Of a stretch of 64,000 nt of DNA, positions 37,636 through 51,042 are shown one piece after another. Position 1 is the first letter of the stretch. Each line of letters begins with the position of its first letter. The stretch is from Moniliella sp. 'wahieum' (taxonomy: Eukaryota): assembly GCA_003971905.1 (NCBI GenBank), contig RSEE01000034.1:310001-374000 (forward strand). Reading direction: 5' to 3'. A program made the translations under genes and the position numbers. The notes below the pieces were generated by a model. The model was not told where the DNA came from. It was given only the letters and a program-made list of their open reading frames with translations, and searched no databases.

Positions 37636-38748
37636 TCCCCCACACTATTACCCCATTTCGTTCGTCTGTGCCTGAGCGTTCCAGTCCAGCCAGCAGAAGA
37701 TATACCCTTCACGATCAAGGACCATGTGAGGAATACCCTCTCTCGAGGGATCTTCACGTCCACACATAATGATATGTTACCCTTTCCTTCTCTTTGCAGT
37801 TTGACTATCCATGCACTCTACTATACTATGTCTCGTCACTCTAAAGTACTGGACTTGTTGTCTCATTGTCTGCATATCCACACATGTAACCTCAGTCTGC
37901 GATACGCTCTTTGCCCTGCACCATAGCATCTGTCAGTGCCATTTTATCCCCCCTTCCCTGCGCCCCTGCCCATGCTCTCCGCCTCCGTCTCATCGTTTCG
38001 CTGTTGTGTTGTTCGTTCGCGAATGAGATTGGTTTGAAACTACAATGTGGTTGATATATATGGTTTCGTACAGCACGATGTGAGGCCAAGGGCTATGGGA
38101 AAATGACCTCTAAGTAGATGAAGTGTATAGGGCATGTACACCTTACTTTGCTGTTCCAGGCAAGTATTTCGTCCAAGGCGCCGTTCCACGCTGGAGAATA
38201 GGGTGGGTCGAGAGTAGGGTTAGGCCTATCTACGCTGTGCTGAACAGAAGGTGACAACAGATGGATGAAGCCGTTGAAATTTGAAGAGGCGAAAGGGCGG
38301 AACCCGACGGACCGGGCACGGAATCCGGGCGGAATAGCCAGGAACCCGTGCGCGTCCGCACAAGCATCTGGCACGGATTGGGAGCGGGCAGGTATTGTTC
38401 AACAGCGGTCTGTCTGAGGCCTCCTGAGGACCGCTCTGGCAGTCCAACAGGGCTATACGAGCTTGCTGGCAAAAGAGCGGGTCGAACATGCAATGGATAA
38501 TCCCCGCATCCCCACAGTAGTCCCCTTCTCCATCCCCTCACCAAACAACTTGCCTTCACTCAATGCTCCACTGCGCACGGACCTCACCCGGGTTACGCGG
38601 TTACGAGAAGAGCGCTTGCTGGGGGTACGTGTGTACCTATATATACCCTCGGGGTTTTAATGTACGCATCGTTCTAACAACGCCATCATTGGTCTTACCC
38701 TTCACAGCCCACCCCCTATCTTTCGCCCCCCCGTCCAAATTTGCAACG

Positions 38749-39892
38749 ATGAGCAGTACTGTCAACAACCTCTGCTGAGCGGGCTGTGGGCCGCGAACGA
38801 CGATCTCCAATGCTTTGCCATTTTCGACGAGGTGACCGGAGCCCATGCACGGACGCTTCTCTTCCAATTGGGTCTCCTTACTCCCGAAGCAGCCTTCCCG
38901 GCGCGAGTCGCGCTCGGGGCAGGGCCTTGGATGCGTCCCAATCCCTGGGCGATGCGCAAGATGAGCCAATCGTTTCCAGCGCACAGGGGTCCCTCAAGAT
39001 TCTCGACAATGCTTGTGGGAACGGGGCCGTCACCATTCAACTTCACCAGGCACTCCCTCCCGCTCTTCGGGCGCGCACGGTAGCCTACACGTGCTCCGAC
39101 GTGGATGCAGCAATGGTTCAACGCTGCCGGGAGAAGATGGCCGAGCGGGGATGGAAGGACGTCATGGTGCAGAAAGAGGATGCTATGGTACGTGAGCGAG
39201 ATGGATGGGAGAAACGGCGGAGGAGACGCACTGACGTTTTGGAGCACTTTTAATTCATTCTAATGATTCTAATAGGCCACTTCCTTTGCCCCCAACTCTT
39301 TCGACTTTCATCTCACCAACTTTGGGTACTTCGCCTTTCCTCGTCCTTTGGACGCTCTCAAAGGTACGTGCCCACCTTTCCTGATCACGTCCCACTCCCC
39401 CACTCTGACGCTGCGTTCCAATCAGATGCTTACCGCATCCTTGTCCCGGGAGGGACCATCGGTCACACGTGCTGGGTAACTAGTGGCTGGATTGAAGACC
39501 TGGGAGAAGCCATGGCCCGCATGGGCGCCTCCCGCATCACCACGAGTACAGCTTGGACTCGTCGTGGTCAGGGGGAACAGTGGGATGATCCGGACTGGGT
39601 CAAGGCCACCATGGTCCAAGCTGGTTTTGACCGGATGAGGGTCACACCGTACGAGGGGGAGATGGTCTGGCCAGACGCCGACGCGCTCGTGCGGTGGATG
39701 GCATGGGCGGGGATGCTCAAATTTGCCGCATCCTTGGCCGGTTGGGATGCTCTTCCAGCCAAGGAACAGGAGGAAAAGTCGTTGGAGCAATTGCACCAAC
39801 TTACGCTCGTGGTCAAGGAGCGGGCGGTGCTGGGAAAGGTGACGTATCGGATGAGCAACTTGGTAGTAACCGCTCAAAAACCCAAGGCATAA
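38749..39892 (+). CDS. Class I SAM-dependent methyltransferase; introns 39188-39275 and 39364-39425; N-terminal indels
   Basis: Motif I KILDNACGNGAV, motif II CSDVDAAMV, then SFDFHLTNFG and AYRILVPGG. Confidence 0.85.
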
Positions 39893-40793
39893 CTTGCCCT
39901 CTCTTCACTCGGTCGTGCTGCTCGAAGGCTCCTCCGGCCCATCGATGCACAGATGAAATGATGGGAGGGACTGGTGCAGCCCATGCGCTCCGTGGAATAG
40001 CGTAGTATCAAACCATGTGGCGGCAAAATCTCTCGTTTTCGAGCAGAGAGAATGGTATATCAGACCAGAGCTAAAGTATACTCTAGTAGGCAAAATGAAG
40101 ATCATCTTGTCACTGGTTAATAAGATGAAATGGAGGCGAGAAACGATCCAATGAAAAAATGTGCTTCGCCAACCACAAGAGGTTGGCCCATCCAGCGCCG
40201 GCTGTTAGCTCTTGTCTCAACCCAAACTGAAGCCAGTGGTGTCGCTTGCAGGTCAGGACCCTCTGGCTCCCGCCATTCGCTTCTAAACCTACTATGTAGC
40301 GCGAGTGGATACGAATGAGGTGCTTGGTATTCAAGCGAACGATGGACCATCTCGAATGGGACACTTCCTCCCAAGTTCTTTCAAGTGGATAAACACCTTT
40401 TAGTTAGTGGCTCTTTTGGTGGCATCAGTACCCGCGTGCTGTCATGGCCAGAGGGAAGAAGACATGTCTTAAGTACACCCCCCTTCGTACTGGTATGACA
40501 TGCTACTCTCTCCATAGCCCTTGCTTCAGTGGCATCGTTACGAAACAAAGAGCACTGATCCCTCCGAGTTCCCTGTCACATGTCCAGCCCCTTCTTCGGA
40601 GGATGTGTGAGCGCGCATGTGAACCGGCGTGGAACACGATCGGGTTCATCTCTTTGATCGTACCCGTCTTTTCACCACCTTTCTACAACGAATTCCCCCC
40701 TTGTTAGCACAAGGAATAATAAGATTTTAGATCTTTAGTAGAACAACGTGAGGAATAACTGAGATAGCAAAAAGGGGGCCGATTCACACGCAA

Positions 40794-43565
40794 TTAGTTC
40801 GTCTCAAGTGCGGAAGCGCGGGCGCCAAGAATATCAACGAGGCGCTTGAGGCCGTACCACCAGGCGCTCTTTCCCGTACGCAGCTTCATATCAGCCTCTC
40901 GCGCCATTTCATGAGCAGGGGTCATCTGGATCGACGAGCCATGGATCGTGATGATCGCAGCCGAGTCCGGGTCGTACGGCTGCTTGGCCTTGGCTTGTTG
41001 TTGGAGGTAGATTTCATCCACCACCTCTGGGTCCGAGTCGTCCTCCTCAATTTCGCGGGCGGCTTCGAGCGCAGGAGCAGTCATCGACTTCTCTTGCACC
41101 AGGTCAGGCCGAGCTTTGCCCTCGAGCCATTGGCACGTGCGGAGGGCAAGGCGGGAAGCCGGCACCGGTCGAGAGGGGAGGGGGTGCCACCCTGGAGCGT
41201 GTGCCCAAGAGACGCCGAACGCGCATCAAAGTAAGGGTGGCCCTCTTGTCTGAAGATGTTAGTGAGAACCTCGGTAGTGTATACCTTGCTCGAGTGGTCG
41301 TTACGGATGATAAGCCGGCCCTCGGACTTGCCCGGCTGGTCGAGACTGTAACGTTTCTTGAGCCACTCCACGTCCTTGAGCAAGTGGCTGAGGCTCATCC
41401 CCATCTCAGGGATATAGGTGATGGAAGCGCCGGTAGCCAGACCACCCATGACGGCCAAATAGCCACTGTTGCCACCTTGTCTCAACCACGAACACACGGT
41501 TCCGACTGGCCCGGCCGACTGCTTGATAGCGTCGCAGGCGTTCATCAAGGCGTTGAGTGAAGTGTCTGACCCAATCGAGAAGTCGTTCATAGGAACATTG
41601 TTGCTCAGCGTGGCAGGAATGGCGGCGAGCGGGATACGGAAAGCAGGGTACTGGCCACGTGCGTCGTCCATAAGTTTAACAGCATGGAACGATTCGAACC
41701 CACCAATGAGCATGAGACCGTCCAGAGCATGAAGCTGGATCTTGCTCGCAATGGCCCCATAGTCGATTGACGGCAGGACACGGTTCGTACCCAATTCGGA
41801 GCCACCTCGGATGCCCCATGTGTCGACACGCAGCCAGTCGACATCCTGAACATTGTCCTCCAGCAGACCAGGGAAGCCATTGGAGATCAAGAGAGGGGTA
41901 TGTCCACGGGCAAGCAGGTAGCGCACCATCGTTCGCGTTGCCGCGTTCATTCCACCCGCGGGGGCACCAATGTGCATGATGCCCACGCGCAGACGGTGTT
42001 GCTCTTCCAAAAGCGTATCAGGGCTAATCTGGGAAATAAACTTCCATGCGTTCAGATCCTCCGCAAAGGCCGGTCCGCGACCGGCCATGGCGTCCGAGAA
42101 CCGCTTCTCCTCAATCGCCTGCGCCACACCCTTCGTCTGCTCAATTGCCTCCTTGAGAGGCACGCGAATAATTTTGTTCTCCTGCGTGCCAATCACGTAG
42201 GAGGGAGTGTCAGGCGTGGACTGTAGGAGAGCCTTGACGGCCTCAACGGCCTGCAAGGTAGCCAGAATGCGGTCATTGGCGTCGGGCGTACCGCCGCGCT
42301 GAGTGTGTCCCAGGGTGGTGACACGCGTGTCAAGCCCCAACTTATCCGACAGGACGTGGGCTACATCGCTGGCCTTGATTGGGTTGAGGTTCTTATCGAT
42401 CGCGCCTTCCGCAATGATGACGATGGTCTTACGCTTGCCCGCCTCACGGTGTTTCTGGAGAACGCGGCACATCTCTTCCGCCCATCCACCTTCGCCCTCC
42501 TCGCCTCCCGCGGCATCAGCAACATTGCACAGAGGTGGCTGCTCTGGGATGAAAATGTAGTCGGCACCTGTTGCGATAGCACACTGGAGCGCAATCCAAC
42601 CGCAATGCCGCCCCATGACCTCGACCACAAATGCACGAGAGTGAGAGGCGGCAGTAGAGGAGATCGAATCCACAGCCTCGCACGCCCGAGCGAGGGCTGT
42701 GGAGCAGCCAATGGTCATGTCGGTCGTAGCAAGGTCATTGTCGATGGACCCGACTAGGCCAACGATGCGAAGGTGCTTAAATTTGTCGTATTGCTCTTGG
42801 CTGATCCTCCCTTCGCTCAGGAGCGCACTCACGTGCTCTGGCCACTCGTGACGCAGCACATCGGCACCGGTCAAACTGCCATCGCCTCCGCAGACGGCGA
42901 GACAGTCGATCCCATGGGAGATGAGATTAAACGCGGCTTCCCGCCGGCCCTCCGGCTGGCGGAATTCGGCGCAGCGAGCAGTACCAATCAATGTACCACC
43001 CTGTGTTGGGTTAGCGCTTAGCCTCGAGCTCATACAAAAGAAGCAAGAAAGGGCCACGTACCTGCTCCATCCAACCGCGAACATCGTCCCAACCGACGCG
43101 GATGATGTAGCGGCCCTTCAGGCCAGTGTCGGCAGCTCCCCCAACACCCTCACGGAGCAGCTCGCCGTCGCCATAGGTGGCAACAAAGCGCTGGCGGCGG
43201 GTGTAGGGCTTTTCCCACGGATAGCGGTCGGCCGAGTCGCCCGCAAGGCTCAGCCCAGGCACATTATCCAGCGAGGGCTTGCCCCTGAGGAGGGGGCTGT
43301 TGACGACGGAATGAGGATGGGGCGCGGAGGCGGTAGGCGGGGTAGCGAGTTCGGCATGGGTGTTTCCCTGGACTAGACCCGAGAGGCCCTCGCGAATGAC
43401 GTACGTCTCGCAGCCCTTGTAAAGAGCAAACTTGACAACGGCGCGGACGGCGGCGTTCATGCCGGCAGCGTCGCCGCCGGACGTCATGACGGCAACACGG
43501 GTCTTGGGCCGGCCCTCGGCAGCGCCTGCCAGAGCGAGGCTGGAGAGACTAGACTTGTGCGGCAT
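40794..43565 (-). CDS. PFK1: ATP-dependent 6-phosphofructokinase; intron ~43061-43002; apparent indels near 41510, 41480 and 41160
   Basis: [94 protein letters not shown]. Confidence 0.97.
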
Positions 43566-45262
43566 AGGCAGGTGGTGGTGAGGAGGGAAATGGAGACGAA
43601 GGCAACGGCGAACCGATCGCTGGCGGTGCAGGCAGGGCAGGTTAATCCGGTTAATGGACGGATGGCCTCAAGAAGACCGACTGGGCTGCTGCCGCTCCGC
43701 GGCGGCCGAGTGTGTATGTGCGCACGGATCCGGACACCGAGGCAGAAGGGGGGCATGCCGCACACTGGCGCTGTGCAGGTGAATGCGAATTAAACCCGCC
43801 AGGCGGAACACTGCCCCTGCGCCTCTCGCTGGCTCAGTCTGCGACGGGGGGAGAGACTACAGCAGAGGGGCAGAGCCCGGCACTCAGGCATGCAGGCTCA
43901 GCATCCGCCACGGGGCCAGTGTGGTGCGGCGTGATGCATGATCGCTGGTCGCTGGTCGATGGTCGGTGGATTCGATGACGCCCAGCAGGCCTGGTGAAAT
44001 TTGAAACCAGCCGACTCCTGTACAGTACTGCTTGTGCTCAGCACTGGGGCTACTTTTAGCAGATTTTGTTCCAGTTATTATCGCAGAACACCTGACCGTG
44101 TCTGTGCCTAGCTAGGTGAGCACACCGCACCACACAAACTGTCGCAACAGCTCCACCACGCATCTTCTGCACCGTCGAATACGGATCGAGGATCATGCAC
44201 ATGGATCTCATCTTAACTAACCTGTCACAGTTCACATGCGGCGAATCGCACATCAAATGGTCGCAAGCCTCCTGATCTTAGGCCAGTCCTCCTGTTCCTA
44301 AAAACACTCGCCATCTGTCCATCGGACAAGATCACCACAACAGCCATATAGCCACACACCCTTGAAGGGAATTGAGGAAGGTGCGATCTTGACTTCGCCT
44401 TAGCGCTTAGCACCTTAGCTCAGAACCATATTCGTCTAATTAAACACAACGTGCGGCTTTCGCTGAAACGTGTTGGCCATGCTATATATGTGGCCATTTG
44501 GGGGGATGAGGGGCTGGGCGGGGGGTAAGCGGTAAGTGGTAAGCGCTAAGCGAAGTTGATGAAGCTTGAAGCTCTTGAAGCCGAGAGGAAATAACAATGA
44601 CATACTTCGATCAGGGCTCGGGGAGTTGTGGACAGAAGGTTTGACTCAAACCAACGGTGTATACACTGCCCTGTGCCACCTGTCCATGCCACATGTCAAA
44701 AAGGTCTTCTATAGGGTAACACGCCACAGTAACTTTTGATCGTTATTTGAAGCTAAAAGCGGACTAGTCACTCTCGAGTGCCACACTTACACGTCCCACT
44801 GAAGAGATTATACGCCCAAACCCGTCGGAAGGTTATACGCGGTTCACTTATGCCTGCCCTACGCATGTCATTCGCGCTACTGCACTTTTGGTACTCAGTG
44901 CAGTGCATAATATGTATATGCCCCAGCGCAGATCCCGCAGCCTTGGATATAACAACGTCGCCCACCGACTGTAGAGATGCCGAGGCTGCTGCCGCATATG
45001 GTGGGGCTCAGACAGAGGTTGTTTGGGCGGTTTAGGGAGGTGTGGAAGACGGCTAACTAAACATTGTGGACAAAAACTATATGGCCGCTATCGACTATCA
45101 GATAGCCAGAAGCCATCGTACTGATGTTTGCAACGGAATGTTTTTGGTTGTGTCAGCCAAAGCGAAACTGACTGCAGACAGACGTAAGATACAAAGGCGG
45201 TGTGAGACGAGGGTTTAGGTTTGAAGAGTGATGAGGCCTGAGGCCGAGGGAGAGCGCACTGG

Positions 45263-46445
45263 TTAGCCCAGGGCCGCACGCACGGCCGACCGTTGCGCAG
45301 GGGTTAAACGGTCGGGCACTTGGAGTTCCCAGTTGATTACCAGGTCGCCCTTGCGGGTACCCTTGGTTTTGGAGATGGGCATCCCCTCGTTCGGAACGCG
45401 GGTGGTACGGTGGCCTTGGATCGTAGTCTGACCAAGCCGAGGCTGGGGGAGGGGAACCGAAATGGAGCGCCCATCAAGCGTGGTGAGCGTCTTCGACCCC
45501 GACTTGGGGGGGTCAAGCGCATCGACCAGGGGGAGGGGAAGTTTGGCAATCAGGTCGTCCGATTCACGCGTGAATGTATGGTTTGGCTTCTCGCTGATGA
45601 CGAAAACCAGGTCTTGGGATTTGCCGGGAGCCACCTCGTTTCCAGCGCCAGCAAAGCGGATCTTGGTCCCTTTCTTCCACCCGGGCTTGACGTCGATCGA
45701 GAGGATCTTTTCCTCAGACCCGCCACTGAGCAGACGCTTGCTGACCTTCAGCTTTTTGGTGGTACCTTTGTACAGGTCCTCAAGTGAGACAGGCAGTTGC
45801 TTAACCGACTCGGTTGGTTCCTCCTCCTCGGGCTCCATGCCACCCATCCCGCCCATACCACCCATACCACCCATTCCATTGAATAGGTTGTGCATCCCCG
45901 CTCCGCCACCGGCCTTGCGTCGGCTACCACCCCCTCCCATACCGCCCATACCGCCCATACCACCCATGCCCCCCATACCACCCATACCACCCATGCCGCC
46001 GCCAAAGAGATGTGCAAAGATGTCGTTGGGGTCTGATGGAGTGAATCCGCCAGGGCCTCCCGAGGTAAATGTGAACGTCGAACCACCCGGGCCACCAGCG
46101 CCGGCGAAGGGGTTGCCGCCAGCAGAGAAGCCTTCTGCGCCGCCCGGTGGTGGTGGCCCTGCCTTCAGTCCTTCTTCCCCATACTGGTCGAATATGGCGC
46201 GCTTGTCCTTATCCGAAAGGACCTCAAAGGCCTCGCTCAAATCTTGGAACTTGGCCTTGGCTTTAGGGTCGTCCTTGTTGCTGAAGCAATGGAAGTCAGT
46301 ACTGGCGACAGATGGGCTGGCAGAGGAGAATGAAAACGTACCGGTCGGGGTGAAGCTTCAGAGCCTGCTTCTTGTATTGCCTCCGGATCTCAGCCTCGTC
46401 TGCATCCTTAGATACACCGAGGATCTTGTAGTAGTCTTTTCCCAT
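45263..46445 (-). CDS. SIS1: Type II cytosolic Hsp40 (Sis1-like); intron 46341-46282
   Basis: [11 protein letters not shown]...LHPDR|NKDD J-domain, G/F region, GGM repeats, [37 protein letters not shown]. Confidence 0.94.
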
Positions 46446-48587
46446 GGTGTGTACGCAACGAACGGGAAGAGAAGGTGCTGGTGAGAGGGGTGCAGATGCT
46501 GGAGCGGGGTGATACCGCGCACGGGCTCCCTTAAGGTCCTTGGGTGTTACCGGTTACCGAGCTGAAGGCGTAACTAGAACAGAACAGACTGGACTGGTGG
46601 CGAATCCCGAATACAGGCCTGCTACCCTGAAGACTGCCCCCCTGCGCGCACATATGACATCAACCCATCCACGTTGCAAGTTCTCCTGCCTTCCAGTGCC
46701 TTCGGTTGTGTTCGACGCGAACCTAATATTTCAAGAAATGTCAGGTGCCCATTATAAGCTCCTTGCTGCGTGTCTCTCGCTGTTGGGCACCTCGGGGAGA
46801 AGTGGAGAGGTATCCTCAGGCGTCAATGTGAAGGGGCAGGTATCCACGCGACTCGTTCCTTCCACCATTTTCTCTCTTCGCCCCTGCACCCCATGAAGCA
46901 TCCCCTTGGCACCTGTCAACAGTTACACTAGGGGGTTTTGCGGGTTGAAGGGGTGCCTCACTACACGATGAGAGGCTCTGATGATCTGCGGTTGTGAAGT
47001 TGGGCATGTCTGTTGACGGTCGTTGATGACGGAATACGAATGTGTTGCATTCGGTTATTGGCATGTGGTTGTCGTTTCGGAGACTGAGAACGCGATTGAT
47101 GTGGCCATATACTGGAACAGAATCCTATGAAGATGTCATGCATGTCACGGCTCATTAATGTTGGGAGTGCATACGTGATGCCCTCTCCGGCACCCCGGAT
47201 GCCATGCAAATACGATAGCTCCTGGTATATACTCTCTTTCGGGAAGCACTCTGCCTCTTACCCTGTTCACCTCCTGTAATAAACACACTTGACCTCTTGA
47301 TTTATGCCTATGTACCCTACGAGAAGTGTCATTGACTGCTCCAGAAGCATGGGGGAGTTGGTGTGAACATGACAGCGAGCAAGAACATCTACCCCGGAAA
47401 GCATTCTTAGTCTGACGTGGGGAGCCAAAGCAATATTGAAGCCAGTTACCCTCCGCACACTCGCACCTTCGATTACAGATTCTTCGGTGTCCACACATTA
47501 GTTCCCACAACGTACAGTTTATGCTGTGGATGCCCCACCACCTTGTTCCCGCCCGCTCAGGAGTTTGTATGACAGGAGCTATTGAGTTTAGTCATCGACA
47601 TTGAGAGAGTCTGGGAGGAAATAACAGAGTAGTAAGAACTGCTGGAGAGAGGGGTGTTGCCCGGTGTTGCATGTTGGCGTGATGGGTGAGAACGAGTAAT
47701 ACACAGAGTGGGTGGCCTCGATCGTCGGTTATGAGGTCCAGGGGCCATATTTCACTGGGCGGTGAGGGTTATGAGGTCCATACCAAACGGTCTCAGCTGG
47801 GTGGGCCCAGCCTGCGACGGGAGCAGGGGGCAGTTGTGAGCGCAGATGAGGAAGTAGTGATCACCGTCACCAGGCTCAGCAGTTCAGCAGTTCAGCATAA
47901 GCTGAGGAAGCATGGTACACTGGCGAACGAACACGACGCCTGGGCAGCACGGGCAGCTACCTGAGAGAACTGTGATCTTTCGATCGTTCGGCAGCCAAGT
48001 GAAGTGACCCCCACCTGGGAGAGGCAAGCGCGTCAAACCGTCGAGGCCAACAGGAGGCGTGGTTGGACGGTGGGTGGTGGTGTTTGGCCGGCGGCGGCGG
48101 GAGCAAGTGGGATGATGTGACGGATGAGCGGTGCGGCCACCGCTGACGGCGGAGGCGAGCATGCCCAGGCGGGGTCTGGCGGCGCCAACCACGAGCAGCA
48201 GCCGCCGCAGACGCAGACGCAGACGTAGAGCAGAACATTTGAAGTCGGCGGGTGAAAAGCACACACACCCGCCGTGCGCGGCAGCAAGTCAGGCGAGCGC
48301 CGGTCCGAAACTGGCCGGATGCGCCAGCCCAGCCCGACGCACGCCCCGCACGGCGCCAGTCGTCGGCGCCCCTTCCGCCCACGCCCGCTCCCAGCCAGTG
48401 GGCGGCGGACGATGCGGCTGAGGTTCTCTTCTGCTTCTCAGCTGCTGTGCTCTGCCGCCCCGCCCTCCTGCCCGGCTGTCCCCGGTCCGTGCACTCCTCC
48501 GCCCTCGCCCGCTATATAACACCTCCCCGTCCCCGCTGCCCCCCGCTCGGCTCCCCCCCCACCCCCTCATCTCCCCATCTTCCCGCC

Positions 48588-49838
48588 ATGTCTCTCTCGA
48601 CCAAGACCTCCATCACCGACGTCGACCTCGCCGGCAAGCGTGTCCTGATCCGCGTCGACTTCAACGTGCCCCTCGACGGCGACAAGATCACCAACCCCCA
48701 GCGCATCGTTGCTGCTCTGCCCACCATCAAGTATGCGCTCGAGCACAAGCCCAAGGCCGTCATTCTCATGAGCCACCTCGGCCGCCCCAACGGCCAGCCC
48801 AACCCCAAGTACTCGCTCAAGCCGGTTGCTGCCGAGCTCGAGAAGCTGTTGGGCAAGCCTGTCACTTTCCTGCCCGACTCGGTTGGTCCCGAGGTGGAGA
48901 AGGCTGTCGACGCTGGCAAGGACGGCCAGGTGTTCCTGCTGGAGAACCTCCGCTTCCACATTGAGGAGGAGGGCAAGGGCGTCAACGCTGCCGGTGAGAA
49001 GGTCAAGGCGGACCCCGCCAAGGTGGCTGAGTTCCGCAAGGGTCTCACTGCTCTGGGTGACGTGTACATCAACGACGCTTTCGGTACTGCTCACCGTGCC
49101 CACTCGTCGATGGTGGGCGTCGAGCTTCCGGTGCGTGCCTCGGGCTTCCTCATGAAGAAGGAGCTCGACTACTTTGCCAAGGCCCTTGAGCACCCCGAGC
49201 GCCCTTTCCTTGCCATCCTTGGTGGTGCCAAGGTCAGCGACAAGATTCAGCTGATCAACAACATGCTCGACAAGGTTGACAAGCTCATCATTGGCGGTGG
49301 TATGGCCTTCACCTTCAAGAAGGTGGTTGAGGGCATGGCCATTGGCAACTCGCTCTTTGACGAGGAGGGTGGCAAGCAGGCCAAAGCCCTTCTCGAGAAG
49401 GCCAAGGCCAACAACGTTGAGGTTGTGCTCCCCGTTGACTTCATCACGGCCGACAAGTTTGCCAAGGACGCGGCTACCGGCACTGCCACTGACAAGGATG
49501 GCATTCCCGACGGCTGGATGGGTCTGGACGCTGGGCCCGAGTCGCGCAAGCTGTTTGCCAAGACCATCTCTGAGGCCAAGACCATCCTGTGGAACGGCCC
49601 TCCCGGTGTGTTTGAGTTTGACGCCTTTGCCAACGGCTCTAAGGCCATGCTCGAGGCTACGGTTGCTGCTGTCAAGGCGGGCGCGACGGTCATTGTCGGC
49701 GGTGGTGACACGGCCACTGTGGCTGTCAAGTTTGGCGGTGCCGACGAGCTGTCGCACGTTTCGACGGGCGGTGGTGCGTCGCTTGAGCTGCTCGAGGGCA
49801 AGACGCTGCCCGGTGTGGCTGCGCTGTCCAGCAAGTAA
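48588..49838 (+). CDS. PGK1: Phosphoglycerate kinase
   Basis: [80 protein letters not shown]; intact, strong codon bias. Confidence 0.99.
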   Translation: MSLSTKTSITDVDLAGKRVLIRVDFNVPLDGDKITNPQRIVAALPTIKYALEHKPKAVILMSHLGRPNGQPNPKYSLKPVAAELEKLLGKPVTFLPDSVGPEVEKAVDAGKDGQVFLLENLRFHIEEEGKGVNAAGEKVKADPAKVAEFRKGLTALGDVYINDAFGTAHRAHSSMVGVELPVRASGFLMKKELDYFAKALEHPERPFLAILGGAKVSDKIQLINNMLDKVDKLIIGGGMAFTFKKVVEGMAIGNSLFDEEGGKQAKALLEKAKANNVEVVLPVDFITADKFAKDAATGTATDKDGIPDGWMGLDAGPESRKLFAKTISEAKTILWNGPPGVFEFDAFANGSKAMLEATVAAVKAGATVIVGGGDTATVAVKFGGADELSHVSTGGGASLELLEGKTLPGVAALSSK

Positions 49839-51042
49839 GCAGCAGCCCCTGGATCTGTACCATCAATACCACACTGCTAGCATGACGAAATATGACGAGA
49901 TGCTTTCTCTGCTCGCCCTGTAGCGAGGGCAAGGCAGCGAAATAGCCAAGTAGAAGGTGAAGCTTGAAGGCTCTCAAAACGAGGGGCATGGTTCCGCTTG
50001 GTTGCTAGAGGGATGCTACAGAGCTCTTCAGTGTAGTCACAGTGACTAATAGAAACAACTGATGGTAAGCTTGAGACTTGAGATCAGCGATCAAGCTCAA
50101 GCTTAACAAGCTGGCTTAACAGCTTTAAACGCGTAACGCGTGTCGTGCTCGCACGTGGCGGTTACCGGTTAAGCTTCAACACAATGAGCGTCACACGTTC
50201 CGGTTACCGGTTGCCCCCAGGTCGGGAAAATCTGCGAGCTACGCCCCATTACGCCCTGCAAACGCCCCCCATACGCCGCTTGCATTAGCCTCAAAGCCCA
50301 GGGCCTCGCCCCCCTGATCGACATGGATCTTCCAAAGCCTGGGCTGTTGGTTATAACCCAGAGATGGGCGTCACACCGCGCTTGATCAGCGCGGGTGCCG
50401 CAATAGAGAACCTCCTGAGTGCCTTGGCAGAAAAGGTCTAGAGTCTAGAGGCTAAGCAGATCACATGAGCTGATCATTTCGGCCGGGGCAGAGGGCAGGA
50501 GTGCCCACACGCAGGGCAATGCAACTCTGGCGCCAACCAGGGGATCTGGCCACAGCAGACACCATCTGCTCCCCCGTCGGGGGGAGTGGGGGGCGAGGAA
50601 GGGACGGTGGGGGAGGGGCGGAGGCGGCGGCCCCGCAGGCGTCCCTGCGGCGGCGAGGCGGAGGCTGCCTGCCGGCTCGGGCCGGCTGGAGAAAAGCCGA
50701 AGCGGGCCGGGACAGTGGCGTGCTGCATGCGGGGGAGCAGCCGCGGGGCCACTGTGCCCCTGGTGGGCGCGGTGGGCAATGGGCGCTGGACAGCGGCACA
50801 GGGGCAGTGTCCGGCGGCAGCCGCGGCCAACCCCAGGTTTTTGTGGGCCGTCGGGAGCAGCAGGCTGGTGCAGTGCAGTGCCGTGCCAGGCAGCCCAGCC
50901 GGCTGGCGGCCTGGCTTCGCGCGGGTGCGATGCGTGTTGCCACCGCCAGCCCATCCCCAGCCCCATCCCCAGCCCCATCCCCAGCCCCACCATCCCGCCC
51001 GCCCCCCCCCCTCCTGCTGGCCTCGGCCGCCGCGACGGTACG

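Noticed and set aside
43130..43370. Long insertion in the PFK N-terminal half
   Set aside because: In frame, and as I recall similar inserts occur in other basidiomycete PFKs; no intein or mobile-element hallmarks.
45835..46000. GGM codon repeats in SIS1
   Set aside because: The G/M-rich region is a known feature of Sis1-type Hsp40s.
48567..49834. Long antisense ORFs over PGK1, and similar ones over SCJ1, PRP6, PFK and SIS1
   Set aside because: Expected shadow ORFs from GC-rich codon bias.
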